A DNA stretch of 62,320 bases, counting the filler, from Rhabdomonas costata (lineage: Eukaryota), in the NCBI GenBank assembly GCA_019059605.1. It is 25 parts of 25 records of this genome, joined end to end, with 100 filler letters (N's around TTAATTAATTAA, not from the genome) between each part and the next. Parts side by side here need not be neighbours in the genome. Positions count along the whole stretch, not along the records: positions 34,980 to 37,375 come from JAHMHO010003624.1; positions 37,476 to 39,870 come from JAHMHO010003625.1; positions 39,971 to 42,364 come from JAHMHO010003626.1; positions 42,465 to 44,859 come from JAHMHO010003627.1; positions 44,960 to 47,353 come from JAHMHO010003628.1; positions 47,454 to 49,848 come from JAHMHO010003629.1; positions 49,949 to 52,346 come from JAHMHO010003630.1; 18 more parts are not named here. One strand, written 5' to 3'. How positions within the stretch are numbered: position 1 is the stretch's first letter; each line of letters opens with the position of its first letter. A program made the translations under genes and the position numbers. Below the pieces are notes generated by a model. It saw only the letters and a program-made list of their open reading frames with translations. It was not told the DNA's origin and made no database searches. Of this stretch, positions 37,212 through 50,482 are shown in pieces.

Positions 37212-37729
37212 GTGTTTTTCCTCTCTCAGCTCTCTAGGAAACCATGCAAATGGGCACAAGGGTTTCGAAGACATTCGGCATCAGTCCTCGTTGTTCAGGT
37301 AGGCGTGTACTGTGCGGGCTCGGGACCGTGAGAGACCCAAGGCGGTTCACACCCACCCCACACACACCCAACACGNNNNNNNNNNNNNNNNNNNNNNNNN
37401 NNNNNNNNNNNNNNNNNNNTTAATTAATTAANNNNNNNNNNNNNNNNNNNNNNNNNNNNNNNNNNNNNNNNNNNNGGGTTTCGTTGGGCTTAGCTGCCTT
37501 TGTTTTTCATACAACTGCGTTGGGGTGTACCCAGTAAAGCGTTGGAAAACTAATGGCGCAGGCCTGTGACGCACATCGATTTTAGTTCACAGTTTGTCTG
37601 AAAGAAAAAAATCAGGAGTGTCGTGCAGGAGGTCCGTCAGAAGCTTGATAAATCCATGGTGCCATTGTGAACTTCGCATCATGGATGGCCCCCTCCCTTT
37701 CCCCCTGATGGGCAAAATTCTTTTCTCAG

Positions 37730-39472
37730 ATTGCGTGACGTGGCGGTATGCGGAGTTCGAGAACTGGACCATGATCCCTGTTGTGACTAACACTTGGCAT
37801 TACGTCGGGTTTTCGGTGTACCCGGATCAAATTCGGATAATCGTTGACGGTAACCTGGCAGTCTTCCCGGTGACCGTCCCCCCGTTGCCCCCAAGAATGA
37901 CCCTTGTGGTGGGGAAGTATTTTCAGGCCTTCGGCGACAACTCCATCTCCATTGACCAATCGGTCAGCTACCGCGGGTGTCTATCCCTGATTTGCCTGTT
38001 TCTTCCAGAAAAGCAAAGAATTTCATAGCAATTGGGCGCAAGACGCCTGAAAGTTCTGGCTCGGGTCAGTATATTCCGGTTGGTGCATTTTCTTCTTTAG
38101 GTTCATTGACGAGTACCGTATTTGGTCAATTTCACTTCCTGACGAGCAGCTTCTGGCACAGATGTACAATAGGTGCTTTTCACCCCACCCCACCAGCTTG
38201 TCGGTGGAATGGTATGCTGTCCCCTTATTTAGGAGACGTTTGCAACTCCTCAGGGACACTGAGAGCTCCAACGCCTCACTCAACGGAAGCGGAGCCCTCT
38301 CTAAAGTTTGGAATCCCTCCTTTCTCGAAAGGATTTGTTTTCTTCAGGGTGCCAGACGATGGCCTTGGGCTGGTGGCGCAGTGGCACTTCGACGACGAGA
38401 CGGACCCCTCCGATGGGTTCACCGCGGTCTCCGCACAGAATCTCACACTCACCCTGGCCGACATCGCAAACCTGGGCAACGTGCCCTGCGGGCCCAGCCA
38501 GCGGCCCGCCCACAGCATACTGGCCGCGCCCATATCGCACACCTCCGCCCCTTACGTGGTGCTGAGCTACATCCCGGGCAGCAATCTGAGCATCCCGTTG
38601 ACCTTTGCTCTGACGCTGGTCTCCCTGCCTCCGGGGGGCTCCCTTCGGGAGGCCTCGGGGGCGGTGATCCACCCCGGCGACTCCACAGGCCCAAATGCCA
38701 CCATTGTGTTTTTCTGCTCGGACCCCTTCAGTGGTGGGGTTATCACGTACACCGGCGTTGAGAACGGGACTGTCGTCGCGGTAGGGGCATGCTCACGCTC
38801 TTTTCTGTACCCCTAACTCAGCCGCTTGGGTGTCTCCAAACTTTGCCTACTCCATCTGATTCCACCCAAAACCAGGCAACCCAACTGACTCTACCCAATG
38901 CGGAGGGAGCCTGAGGTAAAGCTGCAAAAGGCAATGCAGCGTAATTGCACTGTAACAGACAGCTGCACACTCGTGCTTCTCGTCGGAGGTTGTCCACCTG
39001 AAGTTGTGTGTCCTTCTTGCCTTCTCGCTGCAACCCCGACAAAATGCAAAATGCTTTGTCCCGGTTCTTCCGCCCCGATGAACGGATCGCTCCCTTAAGC
39101 TCGTTTGTTTTTGTGTTTTCCCGAACCCCCAGACCTTATGACCATATTCCAGTTTGGACCGCATATAATGATGTAATGGCATATACATTTTGGATTTTGG
39201 GGCGACACCACCAGAGATATTTGGATGTTTGAAGGACACCACCAGAGCCCGACAACATTGACAACACTGGCACTGAATTCCTCACTCACGTATCAACTAA
39301 GCCCTGCATTCCCGTCCCTAGGGCCGCTTTGTATTGCGACGGAACAGCCCCCCGGTGGCGCCTGCCATCACGGTGAAGGCAGCGGCAGGCCGCAACGCGC
39401 TGTTCTTCCTCCCCGTCTCCACGGCAACCCACCAGGCCCTGCAATGCACCGTGGTCACCTTACCCCCGCGAG
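37730..39472 (+). CDS. LamG domain protein, paralog of 12737-14900, followed by an Ig/cadherin-like segment; exons 37730-37976, 38101-38172, 38348-38780, 39322-39472
   Basis: WHYVGF...IIVDG...VVGKYFQAFGDNSIS.D.S.SYRGFIDEYRIW...GLVAQWHFDDETDP; last exon NSPPVA...VVTLPPRG resembles bacterial Ig-like tandem repeats. Confidence 0.8.
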
Positions 39473-40442
39473 GTGTGCCTTGCAGCTACCGGCTTTGAAA
39501 GGCTGGTTATGGTCCAAAAATTGCTGTCGAGCTTCCCCAGGCCCGTGGAAACGACTGATTCGAAGTGACGTTGGAAAGCACCCCCAATGAAACCACTCCG
39601 CGGAAAATATCTGACGATCGTTCTTGAAAAAGAAGAAGCTGAAGAAAAGAACGTTGGTGTTGCTTTCCTCAGGCTTTCATGCATTTTGTAGGATGTGCTG
39701 CAGGCGAAAACAAATCTCGCGCATGCTGTCTCATTGGCCTGGCCCCACCCCTTCCCGCGAGGAGCGTCCCTCGAGGAACATTTTTGGTAGAGCAGGGCGG
39801 ACCAAATTTTGCAGAGAAAAGGCGTGATCTTATCTGCTGCCGTGCACTGAAAAGTTGAACGCTTAGTTGTNNNNNNNNNNNNNNNNNNNNNNNNNNNNNN
39901 NNNNNNNNNNNNNNTTAATTAATTAANNNNNNNNNNNNNNNNNNNNNNNNNNNNNNNNNNNNNNNNNNNNTTTGTGGTGTGACAATATAGGCAATGCCCA
40001 GGGCACATCAATACTTGTGGGGGGGAAAGGTGCTTTGGTAGTGGGCAGACAGGTGGTTAGGTACTCACCATTTCATCCGCGTTGCACCCCGTTGTTTCTC
40101 ACAAAGCTCCTACTACGGCATGCTCAATGCACATCTGCGCGGGGGGTGTTCAGAGATCAACTCTGTTTTACTGGGAAAAAACCGTTTGTGTAATTCTTTA
40201 TGGTCTGTCAGGAACACACACCTTGAAACGTGCACTAATCATGAGGGGATATTCCGGAAATTGGAGGAGGAGGTTAAAGGGGGCTAATGCTCCAGTCTTC
40301 AGCCTATCCTCTGTGCGACGTACCTTCTCCTTTCCAAACTTTCCAAATTTACGTTGCGCTGATTTCGTAGAGTGAGTCGGGATGTTCCCTGTATGCCAAA
40401 AGTTGACTTATGTAGGAGGGTGTGGTGCGGGAAAATGGTTGC

Positions 40443-41643
40443 CCTTGGCCCGCGCAGGAGCAGGGTGCGGGTGGCCTTGTGGCGCTCCTCGGCGGCGCAG
40501 TCCTGCCGCAGCAGCTCCTCGGGCCACTGCTGCTCCAGAAGCCGCTGCTGCGCCGTGCAGCAAAACCGCAGGCACTGCAGGGGGTCCGCGAAGGTCACCA
40601 TGAGGCTGTCCCTCTCCGCGCGGGCGAGGTACCCCCCGAAGCTGCGGAGGGCCTCTGCGTGGGTTTGGCAAGAAAGAAGGTGCCTTGCCTTTTCAGAAAG
40701 TGGGTTTGCTACGGGGTCAGTGTTCATTGTTCGAGACGGACCCGCACAGACCACAGAAACTGCGCTCCAACATCCACACCCACACCTCCTCCCTGCACAC
40801 ACTCAGGTTTTGGGAAGTTTTGTGAGGTTTTGGGTGAAGAATCATCAACCCCCGCCCCCTCCTAATATAGCTCAAACAGATCGACAATCTGTTCGGGAAA
40901 CAACCATACAGGCAATATCATGCGAGTTCCTCCAACACGGCCAGCGCCCATAACAATTTTAACACACGTGAATGGCATGAATGGTCTGCGCGAAAGGGTG
41001 AATACTTGCCACAAAAAAAATACGCTCGATCCCGTGCACATCGATGCACTGAATCCCTGTGCATACAGCGAAAAGACCAATACATTGACAGGGGTGTGAA
41101 GAGTAAACAATGGTGCGGATGCTGTATCGAAATCGGCTCGAATCCATATCACGGTCCAACACACTGGTATCGATTGGGCGTAAGAATGAAGGCAAATCTG
41201 GCTCACCCAACCAGGTCCTCCCCTATGAAACATGGGGGCCAGCAGGTGCCCGGTTGCTGGGGACACACTTGCCTTGGGTCTCGAGCAGTCGCGAAACGGG
41301 CAAGACAATGGTGGTTGGAAAAGGTCTCTCTCTCACGTGCAACTCTACCACTCAAAACGCACAGGCACTTCCCACCTCGGAGGATGTGGTGGTGAATGGT
41401 CATTGCGCTGACCATGGTGTGGGGGACCTTCCTCCACAGCGCCGCCGCATCCTGCACCTCGGTGAAGCACACCACGACCTCCCCCACAGGGCCCACGTCG
41501 CGGGTTCGCCGGAGGTAACCCCGCGCGGAGGCTGTGACGCGTTCCGCAGCCTGCAAGCGGAGCTGCGCCCGCAGCTCCTCCGCTTGGAGCTGGAGCTCGC
41601 TCACCTTGGATGCAGCCTGGGTCTGACTTCGCTGGTGCAATAC
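40443..41643 (-). CDS. Class-III nucleotidyl cyclase-like domain after a coiled coil, degenerate active site; exons 41643-41376, 40654-40443
   Basis: GPVGEVVVCFTEVQDAAALWRKVPHTMVSAMTIHHHILR/EALRSFGGYLARAERDSLMVTFADPLQCLRFC..AQQRLL...WPEELL...LLRGPR matches the fungal/trypanosomatid-type AC pattern (FTDI..ST.LW...M..A...H....R.....GYEVKT.GD.FM..F). Confidence 0.8.
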
Positions 41644-43925
41644 CTAATAGAAGGAGCACAAAGGCGCCACGTGAAAATTCCAAGAGAAAATGATCCCTTT
41701 GAAAACAAGGTCGAGCCATATTTTTGCCTCACAGCTGCCATCAATATGGGTGGTATACTTGACACTTCCCTCTTCTGTGCCAATGACAACACTTCAACGA
41801 CAACACGCCGATGGCAACACCACGTTTGCGTCCAGAGTGAGGGCATTCGTCAGAGTGGGGTCACATCTGCATGGGTGATGGTGCACAGCCTGCCCTGATA
41901 TCTCTCACCAGATGAGTAGACCCCTTTTCGTTCTTTACTGCAGGAGGACATTCATGAAGACAGAGAAAAACCAGTTCCAAACGCGAAGGTCTGCAAATGC
42001 CGAACCACAGTTCACGCGAAAGTAATGCCTGCAACATGGTGGACATGACAAATGCCCACAGCGCTTCTGCCCGTAACCACTTCTAAACCCTGCACCCATT
42101 TGGTTGTTTCCGGGCTGGTGTTGGCTCGGGAATGCGGCGGGGTGCTCCTTTTGCTTGCAACTGCCACCGCTTACACAGCCCGAGAAACAGCCCACTGACT
42201 CTGGAATGCAGCAGTGCAGGGGTGCCCTAGCCAGCAACTTGAAGTGCTCCGGTTCTGCTTTATACTTCCCCCATTTCCACTCCCATGCTAACCTCACACC
42301 CCCTCATGCTCCCTTCTCACAACAACCGCCCACAAATCACGTGGTCTCGCTTAAAACCCAACAANNNNNNNNNNNNNNNNNNNNNNNNNNNNNNNNNNNN
42401 NNNNNNNNTTAATTAATTAANNNNNNNNNNNNNNNNNNNNNNNNNNNNNNNNNNNNNNNNNNNNGTGTGTGGGGACATGGATAGGGGAGGGAGGAGGTAC
42501 CAATTCCCTGGTTTCCCTATTTGACTTAGGGAAAGTTGTGCTTGCTTGTTCTGCTGTGGCTGCGCCAGGTTAAATGGCCATATGCCCCTGCGATTCCAGA
42601 CACCAGAGGAGCCCACTTCAAAAATAAACTTTCCAGCAAGCCAGGCTAATCTGTGTAAACCTGAGCGTCTCCCACCGGTAGTCTCGAAACTGGGAGGTTA
42701 GCGGGCAGCATCCCCTCACCTGTATATTCGATGAGCTTGCATGCCGAGGCGCATTTTCATCAACACTTTCATTAGCTGACTATGTTGCGCAGCACGCGTT
42801 CTCCGATTTAACAGAAAAAATCCGTACGTGGCAAGAATATTATTATATACAACAATTGGAAGATAACCGCGGCGCCCCCAGTCCAGCTCGCAGTGTTCCC
42901 GTCTCGATGCGGTGAGGGGGAAAAGAAATGACCTTCCTTTGTATAGTTCTGGTGTCTGGATAAGGGACACAAAACCAACTGCATCTGACGCTCTTTTTGT
43001 CTGTGTTCTTGCCCTTGCCCGCGCGTATGCGTATGCGTGTGAGGAAACCAGAAACCGATCACACACTTCAGAAAGACATTTTCGGGACCAGACCATATTT
43101 CACACGCATTTACTTCTTACAAATCGTCGCACGTGTGCATAGTGTGCTCCACACACCTTCTGCCTTCGAAAGAGCTGCAGCAGCCGAAGCTTCGAGGTAG
43201 GCGAGGTAGGCGTAGGGGGTTCACTAGCCATTGGGATTCACACAAAAAAGAAAATCAGTGGGAACACGCAGCCAACGCACGCCACTAAGTGGCGAAAAGC
43301 AATGAAAGGGCGATGACGTTGAAAAAGATAAACCGAGGATGCTTCAATTGAAAGAATACAGAGTGAAGTGCATAGCGGCAGCATCGATATGGAGCTGGTG
43401 GGCGTAACTGCACTAAAAAAGCATCTAAAATAATCTTTCCAACCCCCAAATGCGCATTGGCTGGCTCCCCTGGGAAATTGAATGTTTTACAACGTCCCTT
43501 TTTTTTATATATGTACACCTCTCCACATTCGCAACAGCCTTAGCTTGCCCGGGGACATCCAGCAAAGACAGCAAATATAAAAAAACTCCGAATTCCAACG
43601 GGGCAGCGAAGAGCCCCGTTGAGACAAGGGGTAGACTCAAAAAAATCCGAGGAGCCGAAGCTTCCAGTAATCTCCTGGACACAAGGCACGACGCTCTTTT
43701 CCCAGCGTTGGGACAGGAGAAAACCCGGCCCGGAGAAGGTGACCATCAAGGCTGGAGCAATGCAAGGCGCCCCAGGGAATCGCTGCGGAAATCAGGGCAA
43801 AAACAAAGGCCGAGAGTTATTCCCTATTGTCACGTTAAGGCGTCCAGGTAGTTCCATCTCTTAAATTTCAGCCGCACCAAAAACGAACGCCCCAAAGCAT
43901 CTCTCGAGAATAAAGACCAACGTGT

Positions 43926-44520
43926 ACCTGGAGTAGGCATGAGGGGCCCTGTTCCCTTGGAATCGTCTCAAACCCAGGATGCGTGTACATTGCGTCTTTT
44001 TTTTTTCGTGGCGACAGAAATGGCCCGTGTTGGGCCTCTGAGCATTGTTAAATATAATTCCATGACCCCAGAAAGGCTGCAGAAAATGCTTCCAGAGTAG
44101 CCGAAACATCATGTCCATGTGGTACGTCTAAATTCTAAATTGGGAAATTAAGTAATGAAAGAAAAAAAAGCGAAAGTGAGTCGTGGGGCAGAAGGAAAAT
44201 GGCGAAAAATTAACGTGGGAGCGAGGCACACCCACAACCATGTGGTTACCCGCCATTGTGGCTTGCGTGTCCAGGGTTGCCTGGAGCTTCCTGAGCAGCC
44301 ACGCCTCACGGTCGCGCTGCCGCTTCAGCCGAGCCGAGCCATGGGGCTTAATAAGGCTGCGAAGCTCCTTTCCTGTCATAACCTCATCGGCATGAGTCCA
44401 CCGGCAGTATTCCCGGTACATCGCAATAAAGTAGTACTGGGTGAGTACTTCTGCTGAAAACACCCATCTCAGCAGCCACCCCATGCGGTCATAACCCACT
44501 TGCATGGCTTTCGCCTCAAC
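43926..44520 (-). CDS. Exons of an unidentified protein
   Basis: AG/GT-bounded frames VEAKAMQVGYDRMGWLLRWVFSAEVLTQYYFIAMYREYCRW...QATMA and DAMYTHPGFETIPREQGPSCLLQ. Confidence 0.4.
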
Positions 44521-46037
44521 CTGTGCAAAGGCAAACTACAGGGTAGCCAGAGCAGGCTTGACTACGGGTTGACGGCTTCAAGACGGCTTGGTAACGCCTT
44601 CAAATACTCATGCTGAAAGACAATTTCATAAAACACCCGTGAGGAGCCGCTTTGTATTTTTACACCTCACTCAACAGGGACGAAAGAAAGAGGAGGAAAT
44701 CGGCTTGAATCAGTCACTCATGAATCGCTTTCTCAGCCACGTGCTGCTACTGTGGATTGTTTCTTATGCTTCGTGCGGCGCTAAGGGCATACGCTGAACC
44801 ATACGCGTATCTATCCTACTATGTGGTAGCCACAGTGGAACGTAGAATAACCAACAACANNNNNNNNNNNNNNNNNNNNNNNNNNNNNNNNNNNNNNNNN
44901 NNNTTAATTAATTAANNNNNNNNNNNNNNNNNNNNNNNNNNNNNNNNNNNNNNNNNNNNGAGACTTTCGAATCAGTGCGTTCTTACCTCATTGATTTCGG
45001 CCCAGTGAGCAGTTGTGCTGTTGGATTTGTGACCCCAATTGGCACATTCGGCAGTCTGGCGAATATCCACACATTTGGTTTTGGCGCATTTTTTCCCGTG
45101 GTGGCATATCCGAGTGAGCGGTGAGGGTAGTGGTCAGTTCTGCTTCACAAACACACTTTCAAAAGCATGCAAGTAGTTGGATTGTATTCTCTGATGTATA
45201 CATTTTATTTCCCGCATAGCATCGAGGAGAGGGAAGGAGAGAGAAGGCGAGATGCCCGGGTAGGATTGGTGGTAATTTGTTGGTGTTAGGTTCCGTTGCG
45301 AACCTCGAGAATGGGCGGTGTGGTCGTTGTGCAGTGGAGTTAGGCTTTGGGGTTCTGAGGTGAACGGGCATCACGGGTCCCGTTCAAAACAAAAAAACTT
45401 AGGCGGCATGACCATGCAAGGCTAAAAAAACCAAACAAAAAAACGTGAGCTTACGCAATGCAAGGTTCCGGCACACATCATTGTGGAATGGAAAAATTCA
45501 CAGGGGAACGGGCCCCTATGATTCCAAGACTCTCGTATGGAGTGTCCACAATTGTTTTGGGACCGCGGCCCAAGATCCCAGTTGTTTATCGTAGTTTCAT
45601 TACTTCTTTGCGTTGCGCGGATCAGGTACACATGTCAGATGTAATTTTCGCCAATTACTGGAAAAACATTGGAGAAGCTGACTTTTGTCCAACTACTCTA
45701 CCAGTTCCAGATGCCATAACTGATCCTTGCCATGCAGCCAGAGGCTGGAGTAACGAACCCCTCCCCCCATTTACGGGGTGACCCCCTAACCATTGGTTTA
45801 TGTCCGGCGGTTTGCAGAGGAGGATATGGATGAGTGCTTTTGGAAGAATCCCAGAACTAAAATTAGCGGTACAGTCACCAAAAACTGAGCAATCCTGCCC
45901 TTTAGCTGGCTCTTTTCTCTGCACTTCTCTTGGCAAAAACTTCCGGTTTTGCTCTCCTTTGCGTCCCATTTATAGATTCCTGCTCTCTCTCCTTCATAAC
46001 TTCGACATTTTCACCCGTTTTCTCTCAGCAATAACTG

Positions 46038-47141
46038 ATGGTGCGCCTTATCATCCTTGTCAGTATCATTCTGTTGCATTTCCTTGCGCTCGCCATTCCG
46101 GCCCCAGACTTTGAAATGCAAACCTGCACCTTCGCTGGTAGGTCCTATCCATGTCCGAACATCTTTGACTGGATCTTCTATAACCAAACCTATCCCGACG
46201 TACGTGCCTCCTCACAGCAGCAGGCTTGGCACCACTGGATGACGTTTGGCATTTCCGCTGGTCGCCGCTGTCACCCAGGACCCCCTGTCGTGAAGATTAT
46301 AGTGATGACCAAAAACCAACCCGTCTTGCTTGACTCCTGGATAACGTATCATTCCCACGTGTTTGGTCCAGAAGCACTGTACATTATTGACGGCAGCCCG
46401 AGGCGGGGATGGGTTCGGCCCAAAGGGCCTCCGTGGATATTCTATTTCAAAGCGGATTTGCACGACCTAGGCCTCATGAATGCCATTAATAAACTGGCGC
46501 GAAGCCTCGCTCACTCCTGCGACTTTCTTTTGAAGCTGGACACGGATGAGCTGGTTACTGTTCTGGGGAAGCGCAGCAATGGAACCTACTTTTTCGACCC
46601 TGGGAGTGTTCGTCGTCATTTCGAGAAGCTGAGCGTAACCGGTGGTTTGTATGGAATTTACCAGTGGGCAATTAGCGTTCCCGGTCCTGAGCTTTGCGGC
46701 CGGGACCCCACCTCTGCCACAAGGTTTTCGCTAAAATTTGATCCCGTCGTGAGTCCCGCTAAGATTTTCCATCTAGCGTGGACCTTTGATCGCGTTGACG
46801 TTGGTGCCCACTTCGGTTCTACTCTTCCTGAGTACAAGTTCCTCCTAATCCAAGACTCTGGTCTTGCGCTGGCACACTACCACTACCGCTGCTACGAGGA
46901 CGTCATGCGTGCCGATCGTACCGTTATGCTTTCACACCGGTATATTCCCTCGAACGGAGACGTGAGAACGGCCATCACTGCCCTGGAAGACCTTCTGAAG
47001 GGGGGTGCGACCCCGATCAGTTTTCACAAGGCCAGACGCTATCTCGAACACCTGAAGGACCCCGTGGGCTCTCGTGAAAAGTACTACCGCGAGCACGGTG
47101 GTACTTCCTTCAGCATTCCCGAAATCGCAGAGCTTTTACAG
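46038..47141 (+). CDS. Type-II membrane/secreted GT-A (GT2/GT92-like) glycosyltransferase; single 1.1-kb exon (probable donor at 47142)
   Basis: Signal anchor MVRLIILVSIILLHFLALA; FDWIFYNQTYPDV.....AWHHWMTFGISAGR module; IIVMTKNQ..LL..WI.YH...FG....YIIDGS; LLKLDTDE (DxD); HYHYR. Confidence 0.8.
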
Positions 47142-49681
47142 GTGGCTTCTTTTAGAATTCTAGTACTTTGCACTCAACAGGCTTTGCGTTCATTAACTGG
47201 AGCCTATTGCGCTGGAATTTGTGCCCGTGTTACAGATTATTCAGGACCCTTTTCGCTATTTCAAGTTCTTTTCTTAGGTCGACCGTGTTTTGTTTCTTGT
47301 CCTTCTTTGTTCTATTTCTTCTGTTATTGCTTTAAGCGGCTCCATGGAACGGCNNNNNNNNNNNNNNNNNNNNNNNNNNNNNNNNNNNNNNNNNNNNTTA
47401 ATTAATTAANNNNNNNNNNNNNNNNNNNNNNNNNNNNNNNNNNNNNNNNNNNNGTGTTTTTGTGCGATAGAAAAGGTAATGCTTTCACGTATGCCCGCTG
47501 GTTGGACCTACGATATCACGCAAACAACTGACAATGGTGCTATTGTGCCCTCCGGAGCACCCAGGCTGCGCATATCTTGGGTTAGGCTTAGTTTTCCTTT
47601 TAATCGTTGCTCTCCTTCATATGTGTTTGTGTGTTTGTGTGTTTGTGTGTGTGCGTGCGTTTGCTTTTCACCGACATGCACTAACGCGAACGAACAAGCA
47701 CGACTGTCCCGAAGTCAACTGAAGAATGGCTCACAACAAAAGTGGCTCTCGTCTCTTTCTATTTTGTGCAAGCCACCAACGCTTCAACGCATAGAGCATT
47801 CGTGTCTCTTTCCATTGGTATTGGCTTCTGTTCTGTTCGGCGGCTTTTATGAAAATAAAACTGCCTGGTTTCGCTCTGCCTTCCCTTCATTGCAGTGTGA
47901 TTTACGACAAGTCTTTTTTTCGGCGGTCTTCCCTATTCGAAGCCATACAAGGGGAAGGGGGTGTCTCGCTCGGAAGGTAGGCCTGTGTATCGGTCTTCCC
48001 TTTGTTTCCTTTGTTTGGTACCCTCCCCTCTCTTGCTCTGTCAGCTCCCCAGAGGGCCAGGTCGCTTGGGTGTGCCTCTGGAGAGGACCCCCAGACGGGC
48101 TCGCCGCAATTCCCCCGAGGCTCAATCACTCGTTTGAAGCCCCCGGTGCCCCGGCGTGAGGACTCCAACAACAGCCGCAATGGGATGCTCTGAGAAGCCC
48201 AGACTCATCCAGATTGTCGTTTTGTTTTTTGTCTGTTTTTTGTTTCATCTTCGGTTCCGTCGTGTGATTGCTGAGAGGGCTGCGCGGGGAGCTGACTCGG
48301 CTGAGTTTGTGGCTTGCGTGTTTTGAACTTGTGCCTTTCCATCTCATCTGGCTCTTCGAAGAAGCACGTGCGACAGCTCTGTCCATCGTACAAATTGACA
48401 TGGCATCAATTTGGCATGGACTGAGACGAGGATGGAGTTATCCGCCCCACCTTCCACCCCTTAACATAGCTATCAGTGCAAATATGCCAGGATTTCTCTC
48501 ACCCGCTCACCCTCCCCGGAGTTTTTGTGGGGGGGGGGAGGCATAAAATAATTTGGCTATAGCAGCGGAAGGAGATGTAATTGCAATGTAAAATGATGAG
48601 GGTTAAATCGCTTACTGCTTTGATTAGCATCCCAATTTATGAAAAGTCCCCTAAGTTCTTCCTATCGTAGGGTCGGATCCTTGCACGCAACATCCCGCAA
48701 CTCTCCAACCAGCAGCAGCTCTGTGAAGCCAGCCGCCTTGATGTACTTTTGATACCGCATCTGTGATGCGAGAGTTTTTTTCTCAGCTGGAGTTTTGTGG
48801 AGATCCCCTTCCTCAAACCACTGCAAGGATGCGGGTGCACATCTTGTCAGTGCCAGCCTCGCTGTGCTGTGCTATGTTGTGCTTCGTATTTTTATAGGCG
48901 CTCTCCTGCACCAACGCGGGTGAAAGATGGGGGTGTCATTTTTTCTGTCTCTTGGACGCTCTTGGCACTGCTTTGTTCGTGTGCATACTCCCCCGGAAAA
49001 AGGAAAGTTTTTTCATCGTGGGCGTGTGCTCGAGTCCAGAGGTGCTTCCCATCGCATGGCGGAGTGAGCTCACCTCAAATCCTCCGCTCTGTGCCAAAGG
49101 GAGTGGTTTCTGGTTTGTTCCATTTGCGGGGGAAGTACTGTCACTGCGTTGAAGAAGAACTGCGATTTTTCTTGGGCGGATGGCTCTACACACGGCAGTG
49201 CAAACCGAACAAGGAAAGCTGACGGTGTGAAAAAAAAGGGGGGGGGCGAGATTATTGGCGCTGGGCTTCACCGTGGTGCTCGGTGGATAGGTCGCAAATT
49301 TGGCATGACGTTAGACGGGAATTCATTCGTTGTTTTCGGCCTTTTTTGCAGTGTCGTCCAAGTTCTTCGTGATTTTATGCGTTTGACAACACGAAGCTGG
49401 ACGTACGAATCGCAACTTTCCCGTTAACATTATTTGCAGCGTTGCTGCAAGTGAAGCGCAAAGTTGGAGTATCACGGCATGTGGAGGTCTTATTGAGAGG
49501 AAAGCAAAACGGCGTCATCCCTCTCTATATCAGAAAATCACGTGTCACGACAATTTTTCGCATCGGCATCGCAAGTGATTCCCCTTAATTGCTACGCTAC
49601 CGGTGTGCGCATTACGCGGCTTCCGGATGTAGATGCTTTTTACCCATGTCCTTTTTTCGGCTCCGTTCCTCACACGCTCGG

Positions 49682-49848
49682 ATGGAAACCGACTACCCTT
49701 TGGTAACCGCAGTGGTCTCTGTGCTTTCCCAGGTGATGAATGCCGATTGTAACCCACCGTTCTTATGCAACGCTGAGGCCACAGTGTTTGACGCCAGTCC
49801 CAAGATGGACCTGGGGAGCTACCTGGGCCGGCTGTGCAAGTACTCGCA
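49682..49848 (+). CDS. Pho80/CYC-U-type cyclin, N-terminal fragment
   Basis: METDYPLVTAVVSVLSQVM...TVFDASPKMDLGSYLGRLCKYS resembles the T.F....P.ISI..YL.RI.KY start of the P-type cyclin box; cut by the contig end. Confidence 0.7.
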
Positions 49849-50482
49849 NNNNNNNNNNNNNNNNNNNNNNNNNNNNNNNNNNNNNNNNNNNNTTAATTAA
49901 TTAANNNNNNNNNNNNNNNNNNNNNNNNNNNNNNNNNNNNNNNNNNNNGTTGTTGGTGTGGCGTATTTACCTTATTTTGTTTTTCGTTTCCCATGGTTTT
50001 TATTTGGCTCGTTTTAGCCTTGCTGACATTGGAAAAAATCTCCACAGTCAAAACGCACCCCCCCCCCAGCGTAAAGGTAGCGGGTTGAAGTCGTAGGAAT
50101 CGTTTTACAAAAAACGTCAAAAACGCATAAAAAATTGAATATGAAGGCTGTGGAAAGGACCCATTTGAGATGGTACGCTTCCAAGAGGGCACACCTCCAC
50201 TCACTGCCTTTAGAGAGGCAGCGCGACACAGCGGGGATCCCGCGGCTGCGGCTGTGGAAGCCCAGGCTGCCAAAACGCAACAGCAACCCAGAAGATGGCG
50301 CTTCGTCCGTAGCCAAACCGGAGCTGGGGGCACCGGAAAATGAAGTGCAAAAGGGTATCATCCTAGTGAGGGGGAAATTCTAATCGTTGACGGCGAGGTC
50401 GCTTCAGATCAACAGCTCACGCGAAACTCAGTTGGCTTGTCCCCCGAGTCTTTTCATGATCATTCTGCACGTGCTGCGGCAG

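Noticed and set aside
32483-41643. BLUF gene and cyclase exons (40443-41643) as one PAC locus or signalling cluster
   Set aside because: They lie on different contigs separated by linkers, and the cyclase is preceded by a coiled coil, not by the PAC linker.
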